Below, one piece after another: positions 38,936-45,902 of a DNA stretch of 54,241 nucleotides (position 1 is its first letter; each line of letters starts with the position of its first letter). The translations under genes were made by a program, and so were the position numbers. Origin of the DNA: a virus (taxonomy: Duplodnaviria > Caudoviricetes); IMG/VR virus record IMGVR_UViG_3300022074_000054, positions 1 through 54,241 of that record. The stretch is one strand, 5' to 3'. The notes under the pieces are model-generated. The model was not told the DNA's origin, searched no databases, and saw nothing but the letters and a program-made list of their open reading frames with translations.

Positions 38936-40790
38936 GTGGATACCGCCGCTAGAACTGCCGGACATCACGTCAGCTAAAAAGATAGCCATCGACGTAGAAA
39001 CACGCGACCCGAACCTCAAATCAAACGGCCCCGGCTGGCCTACCGGTGACGGTGAGGTGGTGGGGTATGCCGTAGCCGTAGAAGATTGGTCGGGATACAT
39101 TCCTATCCGTCATTTTGGTGGGGGCAACCTTGATGAGAAGGTCGTCAACCGCTGGCTCAAAAAAGTATTTGAGTGTCCTGCCGATAAGATCATGCACAAC
39201 GCGCAGTATGACTTGGGCTGGATCAAAGCGATGGGCTTCCAAGTAAACGGGCGCATCATCGACACCATGGTCGTCGCGTCACTGCTGGACGAAAACCGTT
39301 TCAGCTACAGCCTGAACGCACTGGCCTACGACCATCTGGGCAAAGTTAAATCAGAGAAAGGTCTAGTGGAGGCGGCGCGGGAGTTCGGAGTCGATCCGAA
39401 AGCAGAAATGTGGAAGATGCCCGCCATGTACGTTGGACCGTATGCAGAGGGTGACGCTGAACTTACCCTCGAACTCTGGAATTACTTCTCCGTTCAACTT
39501 GGCAAAGAGGGCCTGTGGCCTATCGCTAACCTCGAACTTGACCTCCTCCCATGTCTCGTTGACATGACGATGCGGGGCGTTCGGGTAGATACGGATAAGG
39601 TCGAGCGAACTAGGGATAGCCTGCTCAAGCGGGAACGGGAAGTCGTGAAGGAGATCAAGCGCATCTGTGGCACTGATGTCGAAATCTGGGCTGCTCAGTC
39701 TCTCGCTAAAGCGTTCGATAAAGTCGGCGTCCACTACCCACGCACTGAAAAGGGCGCACCGTCGTTCACGAAACTCTTCCTCCAAGAGCATGAGCATCCC
39801 CTCGCGCAACTCGTCACCCAAGCTCGGAACCTGAACAAGACATCCGGCACTTTCATTAATACAATCATGAAACACTGCCACGCTGATGGTCGAATACATT
39901 CCCATATAAACCAAATCCGTTCCGACGATGGGGGCACGGTATCTGGACGTATCTCAATGTCCAACCCGAACCTTCAACAAATCCCGGCCCGCGACCCAGA
40001 ACTGGGACCAATGATTCGTTCGTTGTTTCTTCCAGAGGAAGGCGAACAATGGGCGGCCATTGACTTCTCGCAACAGGAACCGCGCATCTTGGTACATTAT
40101 GCGCATGTATACGGTAAAACGCGAGGCGTTGCATTGGAGGGCGCTAAAGAGTTTGTCGCTGCCTACAACGATAATCCCGACACCGACTTCCATACCATGG
40201 TGGCGGAGATGGCTAACATTCCGCGCAAGCAAGCCAAGACCATCAACCTCGGCATGATGTACGGCATGGGCGTAAACAAACTGTCCGAACAACTCGACGT
40301 GTCGGTCGAAGAAGCCAAGGGCCTGACCAAGCAATACCACGACCGCGTACCGTTCGTTAAAGGCTTGATGAACGGCGTCACCAACCGGCTGAACGAGAAA
40401 TCTTCTGGCGGCTCACTGCACTCGCTGCTGGGCCGTAAGTGCCGGTTCGATCTATGGGAGCCCGATACGTTTGCCATGAACAAGGCGCTGCCCTACCGGG
40501 AAGCCGTTGACGCCTATGGGCCCACGACCCGCCTCAAACGGGCCTACACCTACAAGGCGCTCAATCGGTTAATTCAAGCATCTGCTGCGGATATGACGAA
40601 AAAAGCGATGGTCGATCTATACAAGCAAGGCATCCTACCCATGCTTCAAATCCACGACGAAATAGCCATGTCCGTGAAAAACGTCGAGGAAGCAAACAAG
40701 GTGGCCAAGATTATGGAAACCGCGGTGCCGCTCGAAGTACCATCCAAATGCGACGTGGAGATAGGCCCGTCTTGGGGTGAGGCCAAGTGA
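38895..40790 (+). CDS. polA: DNA polymerase family A (3'-5' exonuclease plus polymerase)
   Basis: IDVET (ExoI), HNAQYD (ExoII), YAEGDA (ExoIII), DFSQQEPR (motif A), RKQAKTINLGMMYG (B), QIHDE (C). Confidence 0.95.
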   Translation: MAKLQMSMFAPKSEWIPPLELPDITSAKKIAIDVETRDPNLKSNGPGWPTGDGEVVGYAVAVEDWSGYIPIRHFGGGNLDEKVVNRWLKKVFECPADKIMHNAQYDLGWIKAMGFQVNGRIIDTMVVASLLDENRFSYSLNALAYDHLGKVKSEKGLVEAAREFGVDPKAEMWKMPAMYVGPYAEGDAELTLELWNYFSVQLGKEGLWPIANLELDLLPCLVDMTMRGVRVDTDKVERTRDSLLKREREVVKEIKRICGTDVEIWAAQSLAKAFDKVGVHYPRTEKGAPSFTKLFLQEHEHPLAQLVTQARNLNKTSGTFINTIMKHCHADGRIHSHINQIRSDDGGTVSGRISMSNPNLQQIPARDPELGPMIRSLFLPEEGEQWAAIDFSQQEPRILVHYAHVYGKTRGVALEGAKEFVAAYNDNPDTDFHTMVAEMANIPRKQAKTINLGMMYGMGVNKLSEQLDVSVEEAKGLTKQYHDRVPFVKGLMNGVTNRLNEKSSGGSLHSLLGRKCRFDLWEPDTFAMNKALPYREAVDAYGPTTRLKRAYTYKALNRLIQASAADMTKKAMVDLYKQGILPMLQIHDEIAMSVKNVEEANKVAKIMETAVPLEVPSKCDVEIGPSWGEAK

Positions 40791-41095
40791 TCCTCTAGCG
40801 GCGGCACAATGACCACGGCCCGCGTGTCAAGGTTCACGTAAGCCATGCGGATGTTAAACATCTTTTGAACGTCGCTGCGAGGGCGGTAAATGCGTGACGG
40901 TTTTGTACGGTTGGGGTTTACACGCCGACCGTCTTTTTTTGCATCAAACAAAAAAATGTCGCCCGAAGGCGACAGTGCGATGAAGTCTGCGGGACTTGGC
41001 TCTCCTATAGGTTTGAACACCCAATACCCCTGTCGAAATAAAAACTCCTCAAGGATCAGTTCACATATTTTTCCGTCGCGGTGTTTCTTGTGCAT
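40646..41095 (-). CDS. PD-(D/E)XK nuclease, Holliday-junction-resolvase-like
   Basis: GKICE...GYWVF...PADFIA...FLFDAK pattern; C-terminal extension overlaps the polA 3' end in antisense. Confidence 0.6.
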   Translation of the reverse strand: MHKKHRDGKICELILEEFLFRQGYWVFKPIGEPSPADFIALSPSGDIFLFDAKKDGRRVNPNRTKPSRIYRPRSDVQKMFNIRMAYVNLDTRAVVIVPPLEDHLASPQDGPISTSHLDGTSSGTAVSIILATLFASSTFFTDMAISSWI

Positions 41096-41206
41096 CCCAG
41101 ATCACAAACACTTTTCGGTTGCCCCACCACAATGTTGACAGGTTTTGGTTCAAAACCACGACACAATAGTTAATTTTTTATAAAATTATTCTTACACGGG
41201 TTTTTC

Positions 41207-41241
41207 TTGCATTGTTGTATATCTTCTTATATTATCCTAGA
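41207..41241 (+). promoter_or_regulatory. sigma70 promoter for the RHH gene
   Basis: TTGCAT-N17-TATTAT; degenerate operator-like boxes at 41224 and 41234. Confidence 0.6.
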
Positions 41242-41271
41242 TATATATTCGGGGGCACGAGGAAAAAATTA

Positions 41272-41463
41272 ATGGATACAACACGCTGGAAAAGCATTCT
41301 CGTCCCGCGAGAGGTGTACGAAGACATAAAAGAGCTTTCAAAAAAGGAAGGTCGAACCATTGGCGGGCAGCTACGGCTGGTTTTCGAATGGTACATGGAG
41401 ACTTCAAATGACAGAGGCGCAAGGGACAACGGGTCAGTTCCACAAAAATCTGATAAGAAATAA
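41272..41463 (+). CDS. Ribbon-helix-helix (Arc/CopG-like) DNA-binding protein
   Basis: WKSILVPREVYEDIKELSKKEGRTIGGQLRLVF: beta strand, helix, GRT turn, helix. Confidence 0.7.
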   Translation: MDTTRWKSILVPREVYEDIKELSKKEGRTIGGQLRLVFEWYMETSNDRGARDNGSVPQKSDKK

Positions 41464-41608
41464 ATGCCCGAAGTGTGAACAGACGCTCGAAGTTACAGGC
41501 AAAACCAACACCCAACTTTTTCGTAGGTGCAAGAACTGTCACCTGTCTATTGTCGATCCGCTCGACGGTGGCGAATACCCCGAAGATATTTGTGAAATAT
41601 GCGATTAA
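41408..41608 (+). CDS. Small zinc-finger protein
   Basis: GGAG RBS; CPKC, CKNC, CEIC motifs. Confidence 0.65.
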   Translation: MTEAQGTTGQFHKNLIRNKCPKCEQTLEVTGKTNTQLFRRCKNCHLSIVDPLDGGEYPEDICEICD

Positions 41609-41611
41609 GTG

Positions 41612-41641
41612 TTGCTTATCCCATACCATGCGGTCTATACT
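41612..41641 (+). promoter_or_regulatory. sigma70 promoter of the candidate sRNA
   Basis: TTGCTT-N18-TATACT; operator-like boxes at 41598-41605 and 41618-41625. Confidence 0.7.
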
Positions 41642-41647
41642 ACGCTT

Positions 41648-41717
41648 GAACATGGTAAGCATGTTCTCCGTAGTTGATGGCCCCAGTTCGGTTGCCCCCG
41701 GCTGGGGCCATTTTTTT
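41648..41717 (+). ncRNA. Candidate trans-acting antisense sRNA (~70 nt) targeting early-gene RBSs
   Basis: Intergenic; 5' hairpin GAACATG/CATGTTC, exposed TCCGTAGTTG, 10-bp stem ATGGCCCCAG/CTGGGGCCAT plus T7; complementary to six RBS regions. Confidence 0.75.
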
Positions 41718-41731
41718 AGTGAGGAAAAACT

Positions 41732-41947
41732 ATGGCTGATAAAATTTTCGTAAACGGGCTGCGCGTACAAAAACCACGCGACAATGCTCCCGACTTCGTT
41801 AAGGCAAACGTAAGCATAAATCGTGCCGAACTCATCCCGTGGCTCGAATCACAGACCGGTGAGTGGGTCAATGCGCAAGTGCTGGATAGCAAAAACAAAC
41901 CCGGCACGTGGTACGTCGAAGTTGATACGTGGGAAAAGGACAAGTAG
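41732..41947 (+). CDS. Small hypothetical protein (possible ssDNA-binding)
   Basis: GAGG RBS; KPRDNAPDFVKA and WYVEVDTW motifs. Confidence 0.7.
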   Translation: MADKIFVNGLRVQKPRDNAPDFVKANVSINRAELIPWLESQTGEWVNAQVLDSKNKPGTWYVEVDTWEKDK

Positions 41948-41949
41948 CC

Positions 41950-42120
41950 ATGGATGATCTAAACCTACGCGTGTCCGAAATCCCTTGGGTCTACGCCGTC
42001 AACCAAATCAACAAAGCCGTCACCGACTTCCAAGACCAACTGGAAAAAAGCGGTTCAGAAGAAGACCTTAAACGCAGCGCAGAAATTGAAAAGTGCTGGC
42101 AACGTATCATGCAAGGTTGA
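41950..42120 (+). CDS. Small hypothetical protein
   Basis: ATG 41950 directly after the previous stop; helical 56 aa. Confidence 0.6.
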   Translation: MDDLNLRVSEIPWVYAVNQINKAVTDFQDQLEKSGSEEDLKRSAEIEKCWQRIMQG

Positions 42121-42146
42121 CTTTTACCTATAAAATCCCATACACT
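42117..42146 (+). promoter_or_regulatory. sigma70 promoter with operator-like box
   Basis: TTGACT-N18-TACACT; ATCCCATA at 42135-42142. Confidence 0.7.
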
Positions 42147-42175
42147 ACTCCTTGTAACCCTACACGGAGAACGTT

Positions 42176-42520
42176 ATGAAAGACCTCATTACTATCGAAG
42201 AAGTGTGCCAAGTGGCACGAGTCAGCAAGCCAACCATCTACCGGAAGGTAAAGCTTGGCGAGTTTCCTGCCCCAGTCAAAGTACCAACAACCGCGACCCG
42301 CGGGCCAAAGATGGTCAACCGATGGGAAAAAGGCGCAGTCATAAACCATTGCATTCAAAACGTGCAGAAGGCAGCAACCGCCGCAGTCAATATCCCACCA
42401 GAAGACGTAGACGCCCACTGGCACACGGAACCCGAACCATGGTACGTGGAACACAAGTTTGTTCTCCAAGCCATGATTGGCGGGATGTTTGCAGCACTGG
42501 CCGTCTGGTTCTTTAAATGA
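42176..42520 (+). CDS. AlpA/excisionase-like HTH protein with C-terminal hydrophobic helix
   Basis: LITIEEVCQVARVSKPTIYRKVKLGEFPAPVK; C-terminal FVLQAMIGGMFAALAVWFF. Confidence 0.8.
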   Translation: MKDLITIEEVCQVARVSKPTIYRKVKLGEFPAPVKVPTTATRGPKMVNRWEKGAVINHCIQNVQKAATAAVNIPPEDVDAHWHTEPEPWYVEHKFVLQAMIGGMFAALAVWFFK

Positions 42521-42810
42521 CCGTAGACCTGAAAAAGAAATGGTGGGCATGGCACAAAGAAAACCCAGAGTTCTACGAGCTATTCAAAAAGTTCACCTTT
42601 CAAGCCATTCAGAAAGGACACCGTAACCTCTCCGCATGGCTCATCGTCAATCGCATCCGGTGGGAAACAATGATCGTTACCACCGGCGATGAATACAAAA
42701 TCTCCAACGACTACATCGCACTCTACGCTCGGCTGTTCATGCACGAGTTCCCAGACTACAAAGGGTTCTTCCGAACCAAACCCATGAAGCGCGTCCACAT
42801 CGACGAATAA
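42517..42810 (+). CDS. Conserved phage hypothetical protein
   Basis: ENPEFYELF, RIRWE, YKISNDYIALYARLF motifs. Confidence 0.75.
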   Translation: MTVDLKKKWWAWHKENPEFYELFKKFTFQAIQKGHRNLSAWLIVNRIRWETMIVTTGDEYKISNDYIALYARLFMHEFPDYKGFFRTKPMKRVHIDE

Positions 42811-42827
42811 CTTTTTAAAAAATTAGC

Positions 42828-42856
42828 TTGACACGTATGCGATAATATGCTAAAGT
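42828..42856 (+). promoter_or_regulatory. Strong sigma70 promoter with operator-like box
   Basis: TTGACA-N17-TAAAGT with extended TG; TATGCGAT at 42836-42843. Confidence 0.78.
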
Positions 42857-42944
42857 GCCTATATCAATCGGTTAACCCGGTCGATAGGGGGAGGGCAATT
42901 TCCCCCACGCTCTTTGACAATTTAATCAACTACGGAGAACTACG

Positions 42945-43214
42945 ATGAAGAAATTCACGTTCGAACCTTCCTATGACGCTAAAACGTTTGACAAGGAAAA
43001 CCCCAAAGAAATCGAACATCACTTCTACGGAAGCAACGCCTTTGAATGGTACACCGATGTCGATTTTCAAAAGGTCTACAACTGGTTCGCAAAGCAAGGA
43101 CACACGTTCAACATCCACTTCGTGCCCGTCCACGCTAAAGCCGACTACCAAATCGTCAACTACGTGCCACATAACGTGGACGCTCATTGGTTAGGTCAGT
43201 ACCACCCTAAGTGA
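42945..43214 (+). CDS. Early hypothetical protein
   Basis: 89 aa; own promoter, CAACTACGGAGAAC RBS and terminator. Confidence 0.78.
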   Translation: MKKFTFEPSYDAKTFDKENPKEIEHHFYGSNAFEWYTDVDFQKVYNWFAKQGHTFNIHFVPVHAKADYQIVNYVPHNVDAHWLGQYHPK

Positions 43215-43220
43215 AACACG

Positions 43221-43249
43221 GCCCCCGGTCTTCGGATCGGGGGTTTTTT
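43221..43249 (+). terminator. Intrinsic terminator with UUCG tetraloop
   Basis: GCCCCCGGTC-TTCG-GATCGGGGGT followed by a T tract. Confidence 0.88.
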
Positions 43250-43395
43250 ATGCGAGGAAGGTGACCCGCCCCCGACGTTTGATGCAGGGGTCATAACTCC
43301 CCCACTAGGAGTGAGCAAGGGCGGGCCGGGGGCCAGTATACAAGAAACACACGGGGCAGGTCGCGGGCCACGGGTCAAAGAAAGGAACGCTTCTA

Positions 43396-43626
43396 CATAT
43401 ATAGAAGCAAAATATAAAAATAAATTTTTTCGGTAAAATAGCCGTAACCGGTGTAACCGTGTAACCAGAGCAAGTAAAGCGTTGTTATATATAGAGATTT
43501 TTAGTTACATAAGTGAAAAACAAAAAAGTAACCGTACCTGAGTTTATGTAACCAGAAGGAGCAGGATTGCGTATAAGGGGGCTAAATGATTTTTTTATTT
43601 TTTTTTAATTTCTTGCCTATATATAC
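43396..43626. repeat. AT-rich non-coding region with GTAACC repeats (origin or pac candidate)
   Basis: GTAACC at 43444, 43453, 43461, 43528, 43548; inverted GTTAC at 43504; A/T tracts on both flanks. Confidence 0.6.
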
Positions 43627-43676
43627 CAAAGGGGTTTAAGTTATGGCAAACTATCGCCAAATAACTGGAGAATTAA

Positions 43677-44300
43677 ATGCCTAGTAAATCTGTTGCTCCG
43701 CCCCAGAAGAAAAGGGTGGGAAGACCGAAAGCAACTAAAGCGCAGCCGCTCACTCGAAGACAAGAACTGTTCGTGAAAGAACTGGTATCGAAGGACGGGC
43801 AGATCACTATGCGGGAGGCAGCCGTCAATGCTGGATACCCTGTTGGATCGGCGCACACTAGGGCGTATGAATTAACCAACCCAAACATAAGCCCGCATGT
43901 TGTAGCGGCAATACAAGCTTACCGTGCAGAACTGGATGAAAAGTTTGGGGTCAACTACCAACGCCATTTACGAGACCTACAAACCATTCGTGATATGGCA
44001 TTGAACAACGGTGCGTACAGCGCAGCCGTTCAAGCAGAGTACCGACGAGGGCAAGCGCAAGGTGACATCTATGTAAGTAAGAGTGAAATCCGGACAGGCA
44101 GCATCGACAGCATGAGCAAAGATGAAGTCTTGCGGGCACTCAAGGAGATTAAACAAAGCTATGCCCCGATCACTATCGACGTTACTCCCGAAGGAGAGAG
44201 CAATTCCCAAAACCGCGACAAAGCGCGAGGCCGACTTTTGGAGGCAGATGAAGACGGGGATGGAGAAGACTGGGAGGAACTTGAAGGCAACACGGCTTGA
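43677..44300 (+). CDS. terS: Terminase small subunit
   Basis: LTRRQELFVKE...EAAVNAGY...AYEL...PHVVAAI pattern of the Terminase_2 HTH. Confidence 0.78.
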   Translation: MPSKSVAPPQKKRVGRPKATKAQPLTRRQELFVKELVSKDGQITMREAAVNAGYPVGSAHTRAYELTNPNISPHVVAAIQAYRAELDEKFGVNYQRHLRDLQTIRDMALNNGAYSAAVQAEYRRGQAQGDIYVSKSEIRTGSIDSMSKDEVLRALKEIKQSYAPITIDVTPEGESNSQNRDKARGRLLEADEDGDGEDWEELEGNTA

Positions 44301-44640
44301 AACGTGGGCGATGCCCGGTGTGCCGGATGTCGTATTGTGTGATGAGCGTGGTTACTTTCATTTTGTAGAACTCAAGGCAACCGCAGGGAACGCGGTAGAC
44401 CTGAGACCCCATCAAGTGGCGTGGCTTTCCAACCATGGGCACGGCAGCGTTTGGGTGCTGGTTAAAAAACTCAAAACAAAAAACCAACCTGAACAGCTAT
44501 ATTTGTATCGCGGAGCGGACGCGGTGGATTTGAAGATGGAAGGGTTGAAGGTTAATCCGCATTACCACATCACCAGCAAGATAGATTGGAACGAAGTTTT
44601 TTCCTTGATCTGTCCCACAACATCGCATACAATCCCATAG
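44161..44640 (+). CDS. VRR-NUC / Holliday-junction-resolvase-like nuclease
   Basis: EADFW, PGVPDV, FVELKA, LRPHQVAW PD-(D/E)XK pattern; start uncertain, overlaps the terS 3' end. Confidence 0.75.
   Translation: MPRSLSTLLPKERAIPKTATKREADFWRQMKTGMEKTGRNLKATRLETWAMPGVPDVVLCDERGYFHFVELKATAGNAVDLRPHQVAWLSNHGHGSVWVLVKKLKTKNQPEQLYLYRGADAVDLKMEGLKVNPHYHITSKIDWNEVFSLICPTTSHTIP
44605..44639 (+). promoter_or_regulatory. sigma70 promoter with three phased operator-like boxes
   Basis: TTGATC-N17-TACAAT; GTCCCACA 44612, ATCGCATA 44622, ATCCCATA 44632. Confidence 0.72.
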
Positions 44641-44665
44641 TCAATAGAAAACTACGGAGGTTAAA

Positions 44666-44908
44666 GTGACAGTAATTGAAAAAGATCGGTTCGATGCGAG
44701 CCTGTATGACCAACGCCATGGCGGTCCGTTTGATCGCGGGGGTGCTGACTATTATTACGGGCGGAAATTTGAGCCGCACTACTACACTGGCGCGACGTAC
44801 AGCAGCGACAAAGTAGAAATGAAAGAGATGAGCGCGGAAGAAATCGCCGCGTACACTCGCGGGTATAACGCTGCCGAAGAAGATGGCACACAAAAAGACT
44901 GGGGGTAA
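44666..44908 (+). CDS. Early hypothetical protein
   Basis: GTG start after AACTACGGAGG; HGGPFDRGGADYYYGR and AYTRGY motifs. Confidence 0.78.
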   Translation: MTVIEKDRFDASLYDQRHGGPFDRGGADYYYGRKFEPHYYTGATYSSDKVEMKEMSAEEIAAYTRGYNAAEEDGTQKDWG

Positions 44909-44912
44909 AGCA

Positions 44913-45002
44913 GTGGGTTTTATTGAATGGATTTATAAACTTTTATTTGGGGAAGATGCTGCCGACGATCTAAGGCCAAAGCCAAATCGGAAGCGCCGAT
45001 AA
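44913..45002 (+). CDS. 29-aa peptide (not in ORF track)
   Basis: GGGGG RBS, GTG start; MGFIEWIYKLLFGEDAADDLRPKPNRKRR; fills the gap before the terminator. Confidence 0.5.
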   Translation: MGFIEWIYKLLFGEDAADDLRPKPNRKRR

Positions 45003-45016
45003 AAAAGAAAAAAATT

Positions 45017-45041
45017 AGCCCGGTTGACGCTGGGCTTTTTT
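45017..45041 (+). terminator. Intrinsic terminator overlapping the next promoter
   Basis: AGCCCGG-loop-CTGGGCT plus T tract; TTGACG lies in the loop. Confidence 0.75.
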
Positions 45042-45070
45042 ATGTCGTATAGTATGCGATATATCTTATA
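45024..45070 (+). promoter_or_regulatory. sigma70 promoter with inverted operator-like pair
   Basis: TTGACG-N18-TATAGT; TATGCGAT-AT-ATCTTATA at 45053-45070. Confidence 0.7.
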
Positions 45071-45088
45071 CAACTACGGGGGCAAACC

Positions 45089-45802
45089 ATGTTGAAAACT
45101 GTTGAATTGAGTAGAGCCGAAAAAACTAAGGGTATCGCAGTAACCTACCGCGCTGGCGACGGGGAAAAATATGCGACATGTCCGGCAGCTTGCAAAATGA
45201 ATTGCAGCGGGAAGGGATCGCGCAAGATTGATCCGGATTATCTGGACGCACTTCTGGACGCTGTTCCGCGTAAAGGTGTTTCTTTTACCTACTCGCATTT
45301 TGATCCGCGCCAATATGGCTGGGACCGAAAGCTGGCGGAAGGTAAAACCGTTATAAATTTCTCGACCGAAAACAAAGCCGCCGCAGCCGCGTCCATTATT
45401 AATGGCGTCCCGTCGGTTACTGTTGTTTCGGATGAAAGCTGGCAGGGTAAGAAAACCCAGCCCGCCGGGTGGGACGTGAAGGTAGTAAGATGCCCCGCCG
45501 AATACCGCGCCGGGTTTAGCTGCCGCGATTGTGGAAACGGTTTGCCATTGTGCGCACGTCTTGATCGCAATTATGTGATCGGATTTACTGCGCACGGTGC
45601 GAGTAAGAAAAAAGCCGCCGATCCAGAAACCCGCGGCGGATGTTATGCCGACGGCGGAAACGTTGCATTGCATTGGCGCGATACATCAAACCAAGCCCAG
45701 CCGGATGAAACCGACGGCGAAAAGCTTTTGCGGTTTGCGAAGTCTTTACCGCCGCGCAGTATTATCCGGCACCATGTCGCGGGCGATATCGGGCTTGAAT
45801 AA
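45089..45802 (+). CDS. Cys-rich GP88/DUF7227-like protein (radical-SAM-related fold suspected)
   Basis: TCPAAC, FTYSH, INFS, RCPA, SCRDC..LC, IGFTAHG, GCYA, RHHVAGD motifs. Confidence 0.65.
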   Translation: MLKTVELSRAEKTKGIAVTYRAGDGEKYATCPAACKMNCSGKGSRKIDPDYLDALLDAVPRKGVSFTYSHFDPRQYGWDRKLAEGKTVINFSTENKAAAAASIINGVPSVTVVSDESWQGKKTQPAGWDVKVVRCPAEYRAGFSCRDCGNGLPLCARLDRNYVIGFTAHGASKKKAADPETRGGCYADGGNVALHWRDTSNQAQPDETDGEKLLRFAKSLPPRSIIRHHVAGDIGLE

Positions 45803-45819
45803 CTTTTCAAAATATTAGC

Positions 45820-45850
45820 TTGCGCTATATATAACTTTATGCGATATTAT
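45820..45850 (+). promoter_or_regulatory. Promoter with operator-like box
   Basis: TTGCGC at 45820; TATGCGAT at 45838-45845 overlaps the -10 region; upstream AT tract nearly duplicates 42805-42830. Confidence 0.6.
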
Positions 45851-45902
45851 GGGGGACGGGAGCAATTCCGCCCCCGTTTTTGTTTTTACGGAGAACAATA
45901 TT

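Noticed and set aside
41237-41770. Minus-strand ORF, where the sRNA locus reads as hairpin + CAACTACGGAGAAC + ATG, like another early leader
   Set aside because: It would lie antisense across two credible genes (RHH and zinc finger) and the protein has no recognisable motif. The promoter and T-tract polarity favour a + strand RNA. Not fully excluded without strand-specific RNA data.
42176-42520. Evidence of an integrating temperate lifestyle from the AlpA/Xis-like gene
   Set aside because: No tyrosine or serine integrase, CI-type repressor or att-like site was recognised
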